Source: Candidatus Nomurabacteria bacterium (lineage in GTDB: Bacteria; Patescibacteriota; Minisyncoccia; Phycocordibacterales; UBA9973). From it: 64,000 nt of DNA. Below, one piece after another: positions 45,246-55,270 of this stretch. Every line of letters begins with the position of its first letter. Within the stretch, counting starts at the first letter, position 1. The DNA is taken from positions 2,884-66,883 of the forward strand of contig JARIGO010000017.1 of the NCBI GenBank assembly GCA_029288805.1, read 5' to 3'. Below the pieces are notes generated by a model. The model was given only the letters and a program-made list of their open reading frames with translations. It was not told the origin of the DNA and did no database searches. Position numbers and translations under genes: made by a program.

Positions 45246-46515
45246 CGAAGAAAATCAAACAACACAAGGGAAGGGTACTAAGCTTACACCGCGAGCAAAA
45301 GTGGCACTTCGTATTTTTGGCGCATTAGTACTCATTGCCGTTGTCTTTTTAGGTGGAGTGTATATCGGATATGACAATCGTCCTGCCTTTGCAAAGGTGA
45401 CAGGTCTCGTCAATGCAACTGATACTAACGTTACGACTGCGGACTTCAGTCCATTTTGGCAGGCATGGCAGATTGTAGAGCAGAACTTTGCCCCAGCCGC
45501 AGGCAAAACAACCAAAGTCACTGACCAAGACAAGGTCTACGGTGCCATTCAGGGCATGGTAGCGGCGTATGGCGATCCATATACGACATTCTTCCCACCA
45601 GCGCAAAATACTCAGTTCCAGGCTCAAATAGCAGGATCATTCAGTGGCGTCGGTATTGAAGTTGGTGAGAAAGACGGCGTGTTGACTGTCGTTACTCCGA
45701 TCAAAGGCTCACCCGCTGATAAGGCAGGTGTGAAGTCTGGAGATCAGATTATTAAAATCGATAACACAGGCACATCCAACATTACGGTTGATCAGGCTGT
45801 GACCTTGATCCAAGGCAAGAGTGGCACTACTGTTACGCTTACGCTTGCTCGTCAGGGCGTGGCAACACCGATTGTCGTACCAATCGTTCGCGGTACCATC
45901 GACCTTCCAACTGTTGATACTGAGACACAGGGCAATGTCTTTATCATTCACTTCTACACATTCTCTGCAAATTCAGCCGCACTGTTTAGAGATGCAATGA
46001 CAAAATACCTTGCGTCAGGTGATCATAATCTCTTGATTGACCTTCGTGGCAATCCAGGCGGCTATCTTGATGCTGCTGTTCAGATTGGTAGTGAGTTTAT
46101 TCCACAAGGAAAGACCATCGTGAAGGAAATTGGTAAGACTGCCAGCGATACCACCACATATACAAGTACTGGCCCTGTTATTTTCCCAGCAGGCGACAAG
46201 CTTATCATTCTTGCAGACCAAGGCTCAGCCTCAGCTGCAGAAATTCTATCCGGTGCATTGAGTGAACAGGGTGTCGGTGTCTTGGTTGGGCAGCAGACAT
46301 TCGGTAAGGGATCAGTACAGCAGGTTATTCCATTGACCGATGACACTTCATTGAAGGTTACTGTGGCTCACTGGTATACGCCAAATGGCATCTCTATCTC
46401 AGCCAAGGGTCTTACTCCAAAGATTCTTATCCCATTTGATCAGACTGCAAAGACTGATACACAATTACAAAAAGCAGTTGCGCTCTTCGCAGATCCTGCT
46501 ACATTTCAGAAATAA
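45238..46515 (+). CDS. S41 carboxyl-terminal processing protease (CtpA-like)
   Basis: GDPYT, PDZ domain, DLRGNPGG, SASAAEI and TFGKGSVQ. Confidence 0.95.
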   Translation: MNNEENQTTQGKGTKLTPRAKVALRIFGALVLIAVVFLGGVYIGYDNRPAFAKVTGLVNATDTNVTTADFSPFWQAWQIVEQNFAPAAGKTTKVTDQDKVYGAIQGMVAAYGDPYTTFFPPAQNTQFQAQIAGSFSGVGIEVGEKDGVLTVVTPIKGSPADKAGVKSGDQIIKIDNTGTSNITVDQAVTLIQGKSGTTVTLTLARQGVATPIVVPIVRGTIDLPTVDTETQGNVFIIHFYTFSANSAALFRDAMTKYLASGDHNLLIDLRGNPGGYLDAAVQIGSEFIPQGKTIVKEIGKTASDTTTYTSTGPVIFPAGDKLIILADQGSASAAEILSGALSEQGVGVLVGQQTFGKGSVQQVIPLTDDTSLKVTVAHWYTPNGISISAKGLTPKILIPFDQTAKTDTQLQKAVALFADPATFQK

Positions 46516-46517
46516 CT

Positions 46518-46958
46518 ATGAAAGTCATACTACTTAAATCAGTACCAAAACTCGGCAAAAAGGACGATATCATTACTGTACCTGACGGGTACGCCCAGAA
46601 TGCGCTATTTCCTAAAAAGCTTGCTGTCATCGCTACAGATCAGGCTGTTGCTCAGCTGAAGCGCACACAGGAAAACACGGTTACTCAGAAAAAAATCCAG
46701 CATGAATTGCTCGATAAGGCTATTGGAAGCTTGGAAGGACGAACGCTTATATATAGTGCCAAGAAAAACGAAAAGGGAAGTCTCTTCTCAAAAGTAACCG
46801 AGCTCGATATCAGTAAGGCACTCATGACACAACATCGTATCAGTATTGATGCGAAGTTGCTTACTATCAAGGACGGTCATATCAAGCAAACAGGGAACTA
46901 TGTTGTTGAAGTAAAGGACGGGGAATACAAATCTGATTTTACCGTCGCTGTGCAATAA
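46518..46958 (+). CDS. rplI: 50S ribosomal protein L9
   Basis: MKVILLKSVPKLGKKDDIITVPDGYAQNALFPKKLA. Confidence 0.95.
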   Translation: MKVILLKSVPKLGKKDDIITVPDGYAQNALFPKKLAVIATDQAVAQLKRTQENTVTQKKIQHELLDKAIGSLEGRTLIYSAKKNEKGSLFSKVTELDISKALMTQHRISIDAKLLTIKDGHIKQTGNYVVEVKDGEYKSDFTVAVQ

Positions 46959-46987
46959 AAAAATCCCCACAATGTGGGGATTTTTTT
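46957..46987. terminator. Bidirectional terminator, rplI/rpmA
   Basis: AAAAAAATCCCCACA-a-TGTGGGGATTTTTTT. Confidence 0.8.
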
Positions 46988-46988
46988 A

Positions 46989-47273
46989 TTACGCTCTAGT
47001 ATCTAAAACATTTACCATCTTACGAACAGTAGTTGTACCGTCGTAATTAAGCTTGCGCTTTTGAGTAAATTTCACGAATCCAGGCTTCAATGCGTAGATT
47101 GTGTGATCCTTACCCATAGCTACTGCCTTACCAGCAAGAATCTTACTACCGCGCTGACGAACGATGATAGAACCAGCCTGTGCTGCCTGTCCATCGTACA
47201 ACTTGGTACCAAGATACTGTGGGTTTGAATCTGTTAGGTTTTTTGCCGCTCCTTGGGCTTTCTTATGTGCCAT
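46989..47273 (-). CDS. rpmA: 50S ribosomal protein L27
   Basis: MAHKKAQG, GSIIVRQRG and GKDHTIYAL. Confidence 0.96.
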   Translation of the reverse strand: MAHKKAQGAAKNLTDSNPQYLGTKLYDGQAAQAGSIIVRQRGSKILAGKAVAMGKDHTIYALKPGFVKFTQKRKLNYDGTTTVRKMVNVLDTRA

Positions 47274-47340
47274 AGTACGAGTATGATAGCCCAATCAGTA
47301 CTTTCTGTCAATGTACCGATCTTTACGCTATACTAGGGGA

Positions 47341-47736
47341 ATGCTGACCTTTATTGACCGATATCATAAGCATTTATTAGCTATTTCAGGAACGCTTGTT
47401 GTCATTCTGGCCTTCTATACGGGGTTTTTAGAAGGGAATAGAACCGCTACTGTACAGCCCGTAACCCTATCATGCAAAGATAACGTTTTAGATAAATTGT
47501 CAATACCAGTGCAAGCATTAGCAAATGGTATAACTGCTCATGCAGCATCACAACCAAACCCAGCCTCCATTGAAGCTACGGCGAACAAAGAGGGTGCTTA
47601 CGTGGGATCAAAGAACGGTACCAAGTACTATCTCCCGACATGCAGTACTGCCAAACGCATTAAGCCAGCAAATTACATCTGGTTCACCAGTGCAGAAGAT
47701 GCACAGATTCAAGGATACACCCAAGGAAAATGTTAA
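47341..47736 (+). CDS. Membrane-anchored protein with an Ada metal-binding-like C-terminal domain
   Basis: VGSKNGTKYYLPTCSTAKRIKPANYIWFTSAEDAQIQGY. Confidence 0.8.
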   Translation: MLTFIDRYHKHLLAISGTLVVILAFYTGFLEGNRTATVQPVTLSCKDNVLDKLSIPVQALANGITAHAASQPNPASIEATANKEGAYVGSKNGTKYYLPTCSTAKRIKPANYIWFTSAEDAQIQGYTQGKC

Positions 47737-48659
47737 AATCAATCTTATCACTTTGTATAACAGCAGCGTTCGGATTATTGGTATGTGTCTTGCTTTTTCC
47801 AGTTCAGACCAATCAGGCGGCACGAAAGGTCTTGGGCGGGGCGGTTACGCTTAACAATGCTACAGGTATTAGCACACCAGTCAGTGTCATATTTCGCGCC
47901 ATTAGTTCTGTTATTGCTAAGCCTTCGACAACTACCACGATGGTAACCGATCAGAACCCAAACTCACCATTGTCGATTGAGAATATTATCGATGCTACAA
48001 ACAATGAACGCATCAAGGCAGGCTTAACGCCACTGAAGGTGAATGAGAAGCTTGAGACTTCTGCAAAAATAAAAGTCGACGATATGATTACCAATCAGTA
48101 CTTCGAGCACACATCACCGTCAGGAAAGACTGTAGCTGATCTGGGTAATGAGGTAGGGTATGACTATGTTGTCATGGGAGAAAACTTGGCTCTAGGAGAC
48201 TTTAGCAGTGCCAGCGATTTGCTTCAGGCATGGATGAACAGCCCTGGTCACCGCGCCAACATTTTGAATGCAAGCTATCAGGACATTGGTGTCTATGCTG
48301 CGCAAGGCACGTATCAAGGACGCACTGTATGGTTTGCTGTACAGCACTTTGGTACGGAACGGGGAGTCTGTCCTGCCGTAAACAGCTCCATCAAGGCTAG
48401 TATTGATAGTCTTAACGCCACGATTAAGCAGGAGGAGAGTCAGATCGACAGTTTGCGCACTCAAATAGAGGATCCGAACCATCCTGAAGGCCAAAGCTAT
48501 AGTAACCTCATCGCACAGTTCAATTCGTTGGTTGCTGTCTACAATACCAACGTCGCGGCCTCTCAGCAAAAAATTACTCAGTACAACCAAGAAGTTGTAG
48601 CGTTTAACAAATGTCTGGGGCAATACCAAGTGTCTGAGCCTGCTGAGGCAAAAGATTAA
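47730..48659 (+). CDS. CAP (SCP-like) domain protein
   Basis: TNNERIKAGL, YFEHTSP, GENLA and WMNSPGHRANIL. Confidence 0.92.
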   Translation: MLKSILSLCITAAFGLLVCVLLFPVQTNQAARKVLGGAVTLNNATGISTPVSVIFRAISSVIAKPSTTTTMVTDQNPNSPLSIENIIDATNNERIKAGLTPLKVNEKLETSAKIKVDDMITNQYFEHTSPSGKTVADLGNEVGYDYVVMGENLALGDFSSASDLLQAWMNSPGHRANILNASYQDIGVYAAQGTYQGRTVWFAVQHFGTERGVCPAVNSSIKASIDSLNATIKQEESQIDSLRTQIEDPNHPEGQSYSNLIAQFNSLVAVYNTNVAASQQKITQYNQEVVAFNKCLGQYQVSEPAEAKD

Positions 48660-49213
48660 AAGACGAAGGGAATTAGTCGCTTAACTTTTTTCATGTATGC
48701 AGGGTATTCGTGAGGAAATTGTGTAAGCATATATTTTTCCTCAAGCTTAAGCTTGATATAGAAACTGATGGCAATAACGAGAAATCCGATTATGCTATAA
48801 ACAGTTCCTACAAGCAAAAGATCTGCAAGAAGCAAACTCAGCACTCCTGTATAAATTGGATGACGAACAAAACGATATGGACCGCTGGTGATCATCCTGT
48901 GGTCCTTTTTGATTTGTACTGATCCGCTCCAGTTTGAACCAAGAGCAAAACGAGCCCAGACAGAAGTTACTACGCCTATGATTGCGAAGACGTCTCCGAT
49001 GATGAGCGTCGTTAAGTTGGCATGAAAGGCAGCTGGACCTCCTACCCAGAACAGTACAACACCAAGAAGGAGAGTAAGAATGTACCAGGTACGCTGACGG
49101 TGGGATTTGCGAATGGCGGTTTTCTTGGACCAGCTCCAAGCAAAGATCCAAACCAACCCAAAAATAATCCAACATATTGAAATAATATTTTGCGCAAAAA
49201 TTTCTGTAATCAT
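48656..49213 (-). CDS. Isoprenylcysteine carboxyl methyltransferase family membrane protein
   Basis: GPYRFVRHPIYTG, EEKYM..F..EY..Y and RLIPFVF. Confidence 0.9.
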   Translation of the reverse strand: MITEIFAQNIISICWIIFGLVWIFAWSWSKKTAIRKSHRQRTWYILTLLLGVVLFWVGGPAAFHANLTTLIIGDVFAIIGVVTSVWARFALGSNWSGSVQIKKDHRMITSGPYRFVRHPIYTGVLSLLLADLLLVGTVYSIIGFLVIAISFYIKLKLEEKYMLTQFPHEYPAYMKKVKRLIPFVF

Positions 49214-49802
49214 TTTTAAATTATACCAGGGTAGAGAGCATATCCACCTTAATTCTTTTGTTGCCCTGAGCCCTTTCTACACCCCAGGGGAGAAACTATA
49301 TTAACGTCGTACAATATATCTTTTACGACACTATATTTAAAAATAAGCCTTATATACCAATATGCATAGATTCGACTCTGACTACCTTTGCATAGGTCTT
49401 GCCTATGCAGATCAATTAATTTATTCAATCATCTAGATTAAGTTTCTACGCTGAACATATGTTCACTCAAGGTGATAGAAAAAAGCGAGCTTGAGGCTCG
49501 GCTTAATTTCTACTATTCCAGGGGAGTCACTTCCCTTTTAATTTTCTTCCCATGAGCAATCCTAAACTCTTTTTTTGCTCCTACTTAAATTGGCATTACT
49601 GCATGATCATGGACCAACACTGTATGGCGCAAAGGAGTACAATGATCTGTCATATCGGTTTCATGAAGAAACAGTGTAAGGAAATTGATATTTCTCCTAT
49701 CAGGATTTTTCTGATATAATCCAGTTAAAGTTTATAGTAATTAATTAGTTAAAGCCCCCACGCAGCGAGTGCAATGGGGCTTTTTATTTTAAAAAAGCCC
49801 CA

Positions 49803-50396
49803 TCATGTTTGGGGCTTTTGAGAACCTAGTTCTAATTCTTTAGCTTTTTCAGAAAAATACTCTTCGATGTCCTCGGTCATCCATTCTGTAGGAATACGCT
49901 TTTGAAACCAAATGCTCCTGACTGGGTTATCAAGCTCAAGAGCGATTATTCCTATGAGGCATAAGAAGAATGCGGATACAGAAACAAACAGAATACCGGC
50001 AAAGTTATTTTCATACTTTGTCACCATTACAAAAAGTTGTATCGCCAATGCCATGCTACCAAGCAGAATGTGAAGCATGACAGGCATCTTTTCATCGCGT
50101 TGTGCAAGAAAGTCATCTTTTTGATGCCGTACGACGTATGAAGACATTTTTTTATATTTCTCCCAGTTTGAGGTAATGACCAGAGCCGCTACTACGCCGT
50201 ACGCAATAGCAATCAATGATACTCCCATGGTTAGTGGAAGTTCTGACTTTTCTAAAAATATGCCATGGTCTTTCATCGCATACCAGATAATGACAAAAAG
50301 TATGGATACTGAAAAGGGCTTTGATAGCATGACGGCATGACGACGTATCAGGTTTGTCACCCTGTTTTCGTAGATGAAGTTTCCGATTTTTTTCAT
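49803..50396 (-). CDS. Hypothetical 4-TM protein (DUF4239/bestrophin-like)
   Basis: Four TM segments and C-terminal ELDNP; promoter TTGACT-17-TAGTAT. Confidence 0.65.
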   Translation of the reverse strand: MKKIGNFIYENRVTNLIRRHAVMLSKPFSVSILFVIIWYAMKDHGIFLEKSELPLTMGVSLIAIAYGVVAALVITSNWEKYKKMSSYVVRHQKDDFLAQRDEKMPVMLHILLGSMALAIQLFVMVTKYENNFAGILFVSVSAFFLCLIGIIALELDNPVRSIWFQKRIPTEWMTEDIEEYFSEKAKELELGSQKPQT

Positions 50397-50462
50397 ATGT
50401 TAAATTTTTTCCCATACTACTCCCTACTCTTGCCAAAGTCAATATTTAGTTGTGTGATATTA

Positions 50463-50882
50463 TCATTTCACCGGCTGAATCAAGCTAACACGATTGCCTT
50501 CGGTATCCTGGATAGAAATGTACATGCCGACGCCGGGAATCATCTGAGGTTCCATACTATGTCCACCTGTGGCATCCATGGTACCTAGGATTGTACCACC
50601 GTTGTTTCTTACTGCTTCAACTGCTGCATGAATATCAGGTACCGAAATGACGAATGATGGTGCGTGTGATTCTGGACTGGCAGTCTTCGCATAAAAGCCT
50701 CCGTTGATGGAGCCGGGTTTTTGAATCATGCCATGCTCGTCGGTTTCTGATGTTTGGGCTATGACATAATTTCCCATTTCAGGGCCAAGCTGCTGCATCT
50801 TCCATCCAAACGCACTTTCATAAAACTTCTTCATTCGCTCACGATCATCATATCCCATTTCAAAATGTGTTACTGGATTCAT
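50463..50882 (-). CDS. VOC/glyoxalase family protein
   Basis: VTHFE, FYESAFGW, INGGF and DTEGNRVSL. Confidence 0.92.
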   Translation of the reverse strand: MNPVTHFEMGYDDRERMKKFYESAFGWKMQQLGPEMGNYVIAQTSETDEHGMIQKPGSINGGFYAKTASPESHAPSFVISVPDIHAAVEAVRNNGGTILGTMDATGGHSMEPQMIPGVGMYISIQDTEGNRVSLIQPVK

Positions 50883-50901
50883 ATGTAGTATGCAATTTAA
50901 A

Positions 50902-51369
50902 TTAATTATTCTTGATAAATTCCACCAACTTCTCTAACTGTTGTTCCCATCCTGCTGGCATGCCGTTGAGCATGTCTTCGACGTGAGGCCCAGTCCCCTT
51001 TGCCCCAGTATGAACCGTTAGTTTTGTGCCTCCATCTGCGTCTTCAAACGTTACTGTGGTAACTCCTTCAAGAACAATATTTTCTTCCTGATCTAATGCA
51101 TTGTTCGTAAAGACAAGTTTTTCATTTTGAGCCACTTCAGTGAATTCTCCTTTGATAGGAGCTTTCATGCCACTCCACTCACCCATGTCCTCTCCGCCTT
51201 GCATAACGATATAAATCTGCCCGCCCACCTTAGCGTCTACTTCACAGACGGGGTTAGTAAAACCATTCGGTGCCCACCATTGTGCTACCTGGTCTGGATT
51301 AGTCCATGCCTCCCATACTCGCTCGCGCGGTGCGTCAATAATTTTTGTAAGTGTTATATATTTTTCCAT
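50902..51369 (-). CDS. SRPBCC/AHSA1 domain protein
   Basis: DAPRERVWEAWT.P.....WWAP and GWEQQLEKL. Confidence 0.92.
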   Translation of the reverse strand: MEKYITLTKIIDAPRERVWEAWTNPDQVAQWWAPNGFTNPVCEVDAKVGGQIYIVMQGGEDMGEWSGMKAPIKGEFTEVAQNEKLVFTNNALDQEENIVLEGVTTVTFEDADGGTKLTVHTGAKGTGPHVEDMLNGMPAGWEQQLEKLVEFIKNN

Positions 51370-51581
51370 ACGATAATTGTACTCCTTGCGCTTTTCTACA
51401 CAAGGAGTAAACTTTCAGGGAATTGTTTTCATAGGCGATTTTTTTTAAAGTGATGATGTGAGCAGCCCAGGCATATGTTGTGCAAGGGCTGCTTTTTTCT
51501 TTGCGTGATGATTTATAGGAAATAAAAAGCCCTCTTCTTGAGAAGAGGGTTGTCAGTCATGAGTAACTGACGGGTCGGGGG

Positions 51582-51896
51582 CTAATAGATAAGGGACAAT
51601 TTTTTATATTCAAAATATGCCGCTGTGAGCTTAGATTTTTCTTCGGTATAGCCATCAAACCGGCGCTCTAACAAGTCAATTTTTTGGTCGTGCTGTTCAT
51701 AACAGCTGTCGTCTACCTTTCCCCAATCTTTTAATGTCTTGTAGTTACTAACTGTGAGCTGCAAGTCTTCAGATAATACCGCCTGCAAATCATTTCTCGT
51801 GCGATTGATTTTTCGCTGCACAATTCGTAATTGTTCTTTTAGTATTACCACCCTGATGCTGTTCAGGAATAAGGTAATAATCATTTCTACGTTCAT
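51582..51896 (-). CDS. Hypothetical coiled-coil orphan protein
   Basis: 104 aa; promoter TTGACT-16-TATACT. Confidence 0.55.
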   Translation of the reverse strand: MNVEMIITLFLNSIRVVILKEQLRIVQRKINRTRNDLQAVLSEDLQLTVSNYKTLKDWGKVDDSCYEQHDQKIDLLERRFDGYTEEKSKLTAAYFEYKKLSLIY

Positions 51897-51996
51897 ACTA
51901 TTAGGTTTTCTCTAGTATATAAAATTTGTTGACAAAGTCAATAAACGTAGCAATGTAAAAAGCAGCCCGTAAAGGCTGCTTTGTTTGTTGGCTTGA

Positions 51997-53193
51997 TTAA
52001 TTATGCTTTAGTATATGGTTTCCTATACTAAAGATAACGCCAAAGCTTGGGTAATGAGGTTCATATCTCTGCATACGTACGTTCACAGTTGCTGCCACAC
52101 TAGGTGTAATGTTGTAGGCAACGCCGCATGACCAATAGTACTTGGTAGGATATACCGCATTGTAGTGAACATACCTTCCATAACTTGCGGTAAACGTAGT
52201 GCGTCCGAGCCGTATGTCTCCTCCGACGCTAACGCCGGCGCTCACATGATCATATGAGCTAAACTGTCCTTGGTACGTATTAAAAAAGTTGTCCCAAGAA
52301 AACGTTTTTGTGTAATACAATAGGTCCGTCGCAATCTTTAATGCAAAGACATCGTTGATGTGGTACTTGTATGCCAGTGAGGCTGCAAGCTGATACAACA
52401 TTGATCGTTCCTTTGTTTGCGCTACCGCTGTATCAAGATACATGGGCTGTCCAGTTTTCTGATTGATAAAATATCCCAATCGAGTTAGCCCTCGCTTCCC
52501 TATGCTGAAGGTAAAATCAAATGAGCTTTTATTCTCATTGTCATCGTATTGCTCAACATGATTTTTCAAACCCGTACTATGGATCCTCTTAACGAGACCA
52601 AAGAAGACAGTAGGGTTGTTAATGCCGTCATTTGGTGTTTGGAATGAAGCGTTTGAGAAATGGGGAATTCCACATCCTCCTTCTACGGCCAGTTCATCAG
52701 AAATAGAGACCTTGATCTTCAGTCTCAGTTGTACCACCGCATTGATATGACTACCAACTACCGGATTGTATATGGTATAAAACGTTTGGGTAATATACAC
52801 AATGCCGATACCAGGAGAAGCCGTTATCTCTACTTTTCCTGTCCTAAGGAGTGACATGTCAAGGGATGCGGTGACACCATAATCGTCGCCAAGCACTCCT
52901 TTTGAATGCGCCATTCCTTCCAAGGAGACATTTTGCATATCAACATAGATAGCATCAATACTTATATCTTTGACGTGCAGCATACGAACCCAATTAGTAC
53001 TATCGTTTTTTGTATTGATTTGGTATCCAACATCCACGCCGGAAGACGTTCCCATCATTTTGTTATTGAATGTGGAAAATGATTTCGGTATGAACATGCC
53101 ATCGGCTGAAACAGTGCTCAGCGAATCTTGTCCGAGGCAGCATTGTGTCCCGCAGAGGAACATAAAAATTGTTAAACATGCTATTGGTTTCAT
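51997..53193 (-). CDS. Acyloxyacyl hydrolase / PagL-like outer-membrane beta-barrel protein
   Basis: Signal peptide, alternating amphipathic beta strands, NPVVGSHIN and PHFSNASFQTPNDGIN (PagL-type H-x-S-N). Confidence 0.75.
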   Translation of the reverse strand: MKPIACLTIFMFLCGTQCCLGQDSLSTVSADGMFIPKSFSTFNNKMMGTSSGVDVGYQINTKNDSTNWVRMLHVKDISIDAIYVDMQNVSLEGMAHSKGVLGDDYGVTASLDMSLLRTGKVEITASPGIGIVYITQTFYTIYNPVVGSHINAVVQLRLKIKVSISDELAVEGGCGIPHFSNASFQTPNDGINNPTVFFGLVKRIHSTGLKNHVEQYDDNENKSSFDFTFSIGKRGLTRLGYFINQKTGQPMYLDTAVAQTKERSMLYQLAASLAYKYHINDVFALKIATDLLYYTKTFSWDNFFNTYQGQFSSYDHVSAGVSVGGDIRLGRTTFTASYGRYVHYNAVYPTKYYWSCGVAYNITPSVAATVNVRMQRYEPHYPSFGVIFSIGNHILKHN

Positions 53194-53267
53194 ATTATTT
53201 ATTTAGTTGTGTAAGAGCCCTATTTGTTAAAATATTTATTACCATAAAAATATGAAAAAGTCAATAG

Positions 53268-53298
53268 AAAATGCCCCTCAATTTTTGAGGGGCATTTT
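53268..53298 (-). terminator. Intrinsic terminator
   Basis: AAAATGCCCCTCAA-ttt-TTGAGGGGCATTTT. Confidence 0.75.
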
Positions 53299-53309
53299 GA
53301 ATTCTTATG

Positions 53310-53825
53310 TTAAGAAGTGTGATACTCTCTCACCTCTAACGCATTTGTTTTCACGAACACGGTTTTTGTGTCTTCCGATTCTGAGCGGGCAATGACCAGC
53401 ACGTCACCTCTCTGCACCAAGCTCTGATAGAGGGCCGCATCTTCATCATTAACACCAAGTCCGGTTAGAGCGCCGATCAATCCTCCCGCAACAGCGCCTG
53501 TCACGCCGCCAGCAACAGTTGTTGCCGCTACGCCGCCAATACCAAGGGCTGTAGCCAATGGTCCTGCCACAATGAGAGTGCCAAGCCCTGGCAATACACC
53601 ATTGGCAATGACAAATCCTGCGATAGCACCAATGACTACTCCGGCTGTTGCTCCTGTTGCCGCTCCGTCCCCAACCTTCTCTCCTGTTTGGTCGTCCTTA
53701 ATATCTCCATCGCTGTTGGTATAGATGTATGAAATATCTTCATCCGGAATGCCAAAGGCTCTCAATTCAGTAATGGCTTCACTCGCATCTGTATGTGTTG
53801 TATAAACTCCTAGTGTTGTAATCAT
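53310..53825 (-). CDS. General stress protein-like (glycine-zipper membrane protein)
   Basis: GAATGATAG..IGAIAG, PGLG..IVAGPLA and GGLIGALTGLG....A..Y...V.RG.VLV. Confidence 0.8.
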   Translation of the reverse strand: MITTLGVYTTHTDASEAITELRAFGIPDEDISYIYTNSDGDIKDDQTGEKVGDGAATGATAGVVIGAIAGFVIANGVLPGLGTLIVAGPLATALGIGGVAATTVAGGVTGAVAGGLIGALTGLGVNDEDAALYQSLVQRGDVLVIARSESEDTKTVFVKTNALEVREYHTS

Positions 53826-53905
53826 ATCAGTGTATATAGGTTATAAATACGGGTAGCGACGATACCCGTATCAATTAATACACTTCTACATGAAAAAAAC
53901 TTTCA

Positions 53906-54394
53906 CTAGTTTTTTGCGTACCCACTAATGTGCCACGTACCGTTTACATTTGAAACAGTGAATGTTACTGGGTACATGTCAGCTATGCCGCCGTGCTCTT
54001 GTTCGTTGCTCGTGATTTCTACAACATTTCCTCTCACCGTATACGAATCGTCAGTATTTTTCGTCGTGCTGGTTATTTCAATACGGTCAGGCCACGGACT
54101 TGATACTTCCCTTCCTAATGCGGTAGAAGGATGTGCTTCCCATGCTGCCAGCAACTGAGGAGTAAGATATGGAGCATAGTTTGTATCCATAGCCGTTTTA
54201 ACGTCTGCTGAAGGCGCAAGCAGTGATACTAATTGTAGTTTTGTACCAAGCTGTGTCACTGGTGCGTCTACTTGTTGCGTTGGGTTATCAACGGTAGGCG
54301 GAGTAGTCTTATTTGTCTGTAACAGTATGACAAGTACCAACAGCAAAACCGCTGCTATAGTAATGAACCATATAGTACGGAATTTCTTATCCAT
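53906..54394 (-). CDS. Membrane-anchored hypothetical protein
   Basis: N-terminal TM; GREVSSPWPDRIEI motif. Confidence 0.75.
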   Translation of the reverse strand: MDKKFRTIWFITIAAVLLLVLVILLQTNKTTPPTVDNPTQQVDAPVTQLGTKLQLVSLLAPSADVKTAMDTNYAPYLTPQLLAAWEAHPSTALGREVSSPWPDRIEITSTTKNTDDSYTVRGNVVEITSNEQEHGGIADMYPVTFTVSNVNGTWHISGYAKN

Positions 54395-54399
54395 GATGC

Positions 54400-54717
54400 T
54401 TATCTACTGTTAATAATGTCCACTTTCTTTTGCTCAAATTCTTCCTTATTGATCTCTCCTTTTGCATATCGTTCATTCAAGATATCAATGGCCGATTTTT
54501 GTACAGGCTGAACTGGAGCTATGGGTATGATAGGTGTAACTGGCGCAGGAGGAGGAACAGGAGGTGGCGTTGGTCGCGGCTCGTGATGGTGGCTGTAACT
54601 GAAAATTGCTCGAATGACCTCAATAATAACCCCGATAATGATAACCCATATCAATATGAAAATAATCGTTCCTAATGTCCCGTAATTGTTATAGTTATAT
54701 CCCCAATATGTAATCAT
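54400..54717 (-). CDS. SHOCT domain membrane protein
   Basis: TM, Pro-rich linker and AIDILNERYAKGEINKEEFEQKK. Confidence 0.88.
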   Translation of the reverse strand: MITYWGYNYNNYGTLGTIIFILIWVIIIGVIIEVIRAIFSYSHHHEPRPTPPPVPPPAPVTPIIPIAPVQPVQKSAIDILNERYAKGEINKEEFEQKKVDIINSR

Positions 54718-54781
54718 ATATATACTATACGCCTTGCCGATCCATTTTATTGCAGTTTGTCCACTTCCCTCATTTAGCTGA

Positions 54782-55225
54782 ATGCGTAATACTATATGTG
54801 TGGCTTCCCTGAAAAACACCCTGGAAAGAACAATTGCAAAAATAAACCTTACCTACATTGTGCGGTTGTTGGCTATCTTATTGGCTATAGTGGTGCTCCT
54901 GGGATTTTTGGCAGGTATTGTTAAAACCTTTTTTGACCTTCGACTGTTCATCCACAGCGCTATTGATGTTGGTATCAAGCAGATGCTTGTGAATGTTCTG
55001 ACACTCCTGGCTGTCATTGAAATCTTGCGAACAGTGCTCAGTTATCTTAAGGACGGTCGCGTGCGCGTAACCTATATCGTTGATACCGTATTGATCGTTA
55101 TGCTCAATGAAGTGCTTACGTTTTGGTATAGTGGAGATCATGTATTCTATCTGCCGCTTATAGCATTTCTGCTGACACTGATTCTCATTCGCATACTCTG
55201 CATCAGGTATTCTCCCGATAAGTAA
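54782..55225 (+). CDS. PsiE-like membrane protein
   Basis: LAVIEILRTVLSYL..GRVRVTYIVDTVLIVMLNEV. The start may be the GTG at about 54799-54801. Confidence 0.8.
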   Translation: MRNTICVASLKNTLERTIAKINLTYIVRLLAILLAIVVLLGFLAGIVKTFFDLRLFIHSAIDVGIKQMLVNVLTLLAVIEILRTVLSYLKDGRVRVTYIVDTVLIVMLNEVLTFWYSGDHVFYLPLIAFLLTLILIRILCIRYSPDK

Positions 55226-55226
55226 T

Positions 55227-55254
55227 AAAACCCCTCGAAATTTCGAGGGGTTTT
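55227..55254. terminator. Bidirectional terminator
   Basis: AAAACCCCTCGAAA/TTTCGAGGGGTTTT. Confidence 0.8.
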
Positions 55255-55270
55255 ATTTGTTCCTACGGTA

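Noticed and set aside
49505..49514. AATTTCTACT, resembling part of a Cas12a CRISPR repeat
   Set aside because: Single copy, no GTAGAT stem partner, no repeat-spacer periodicity and no cas genes.
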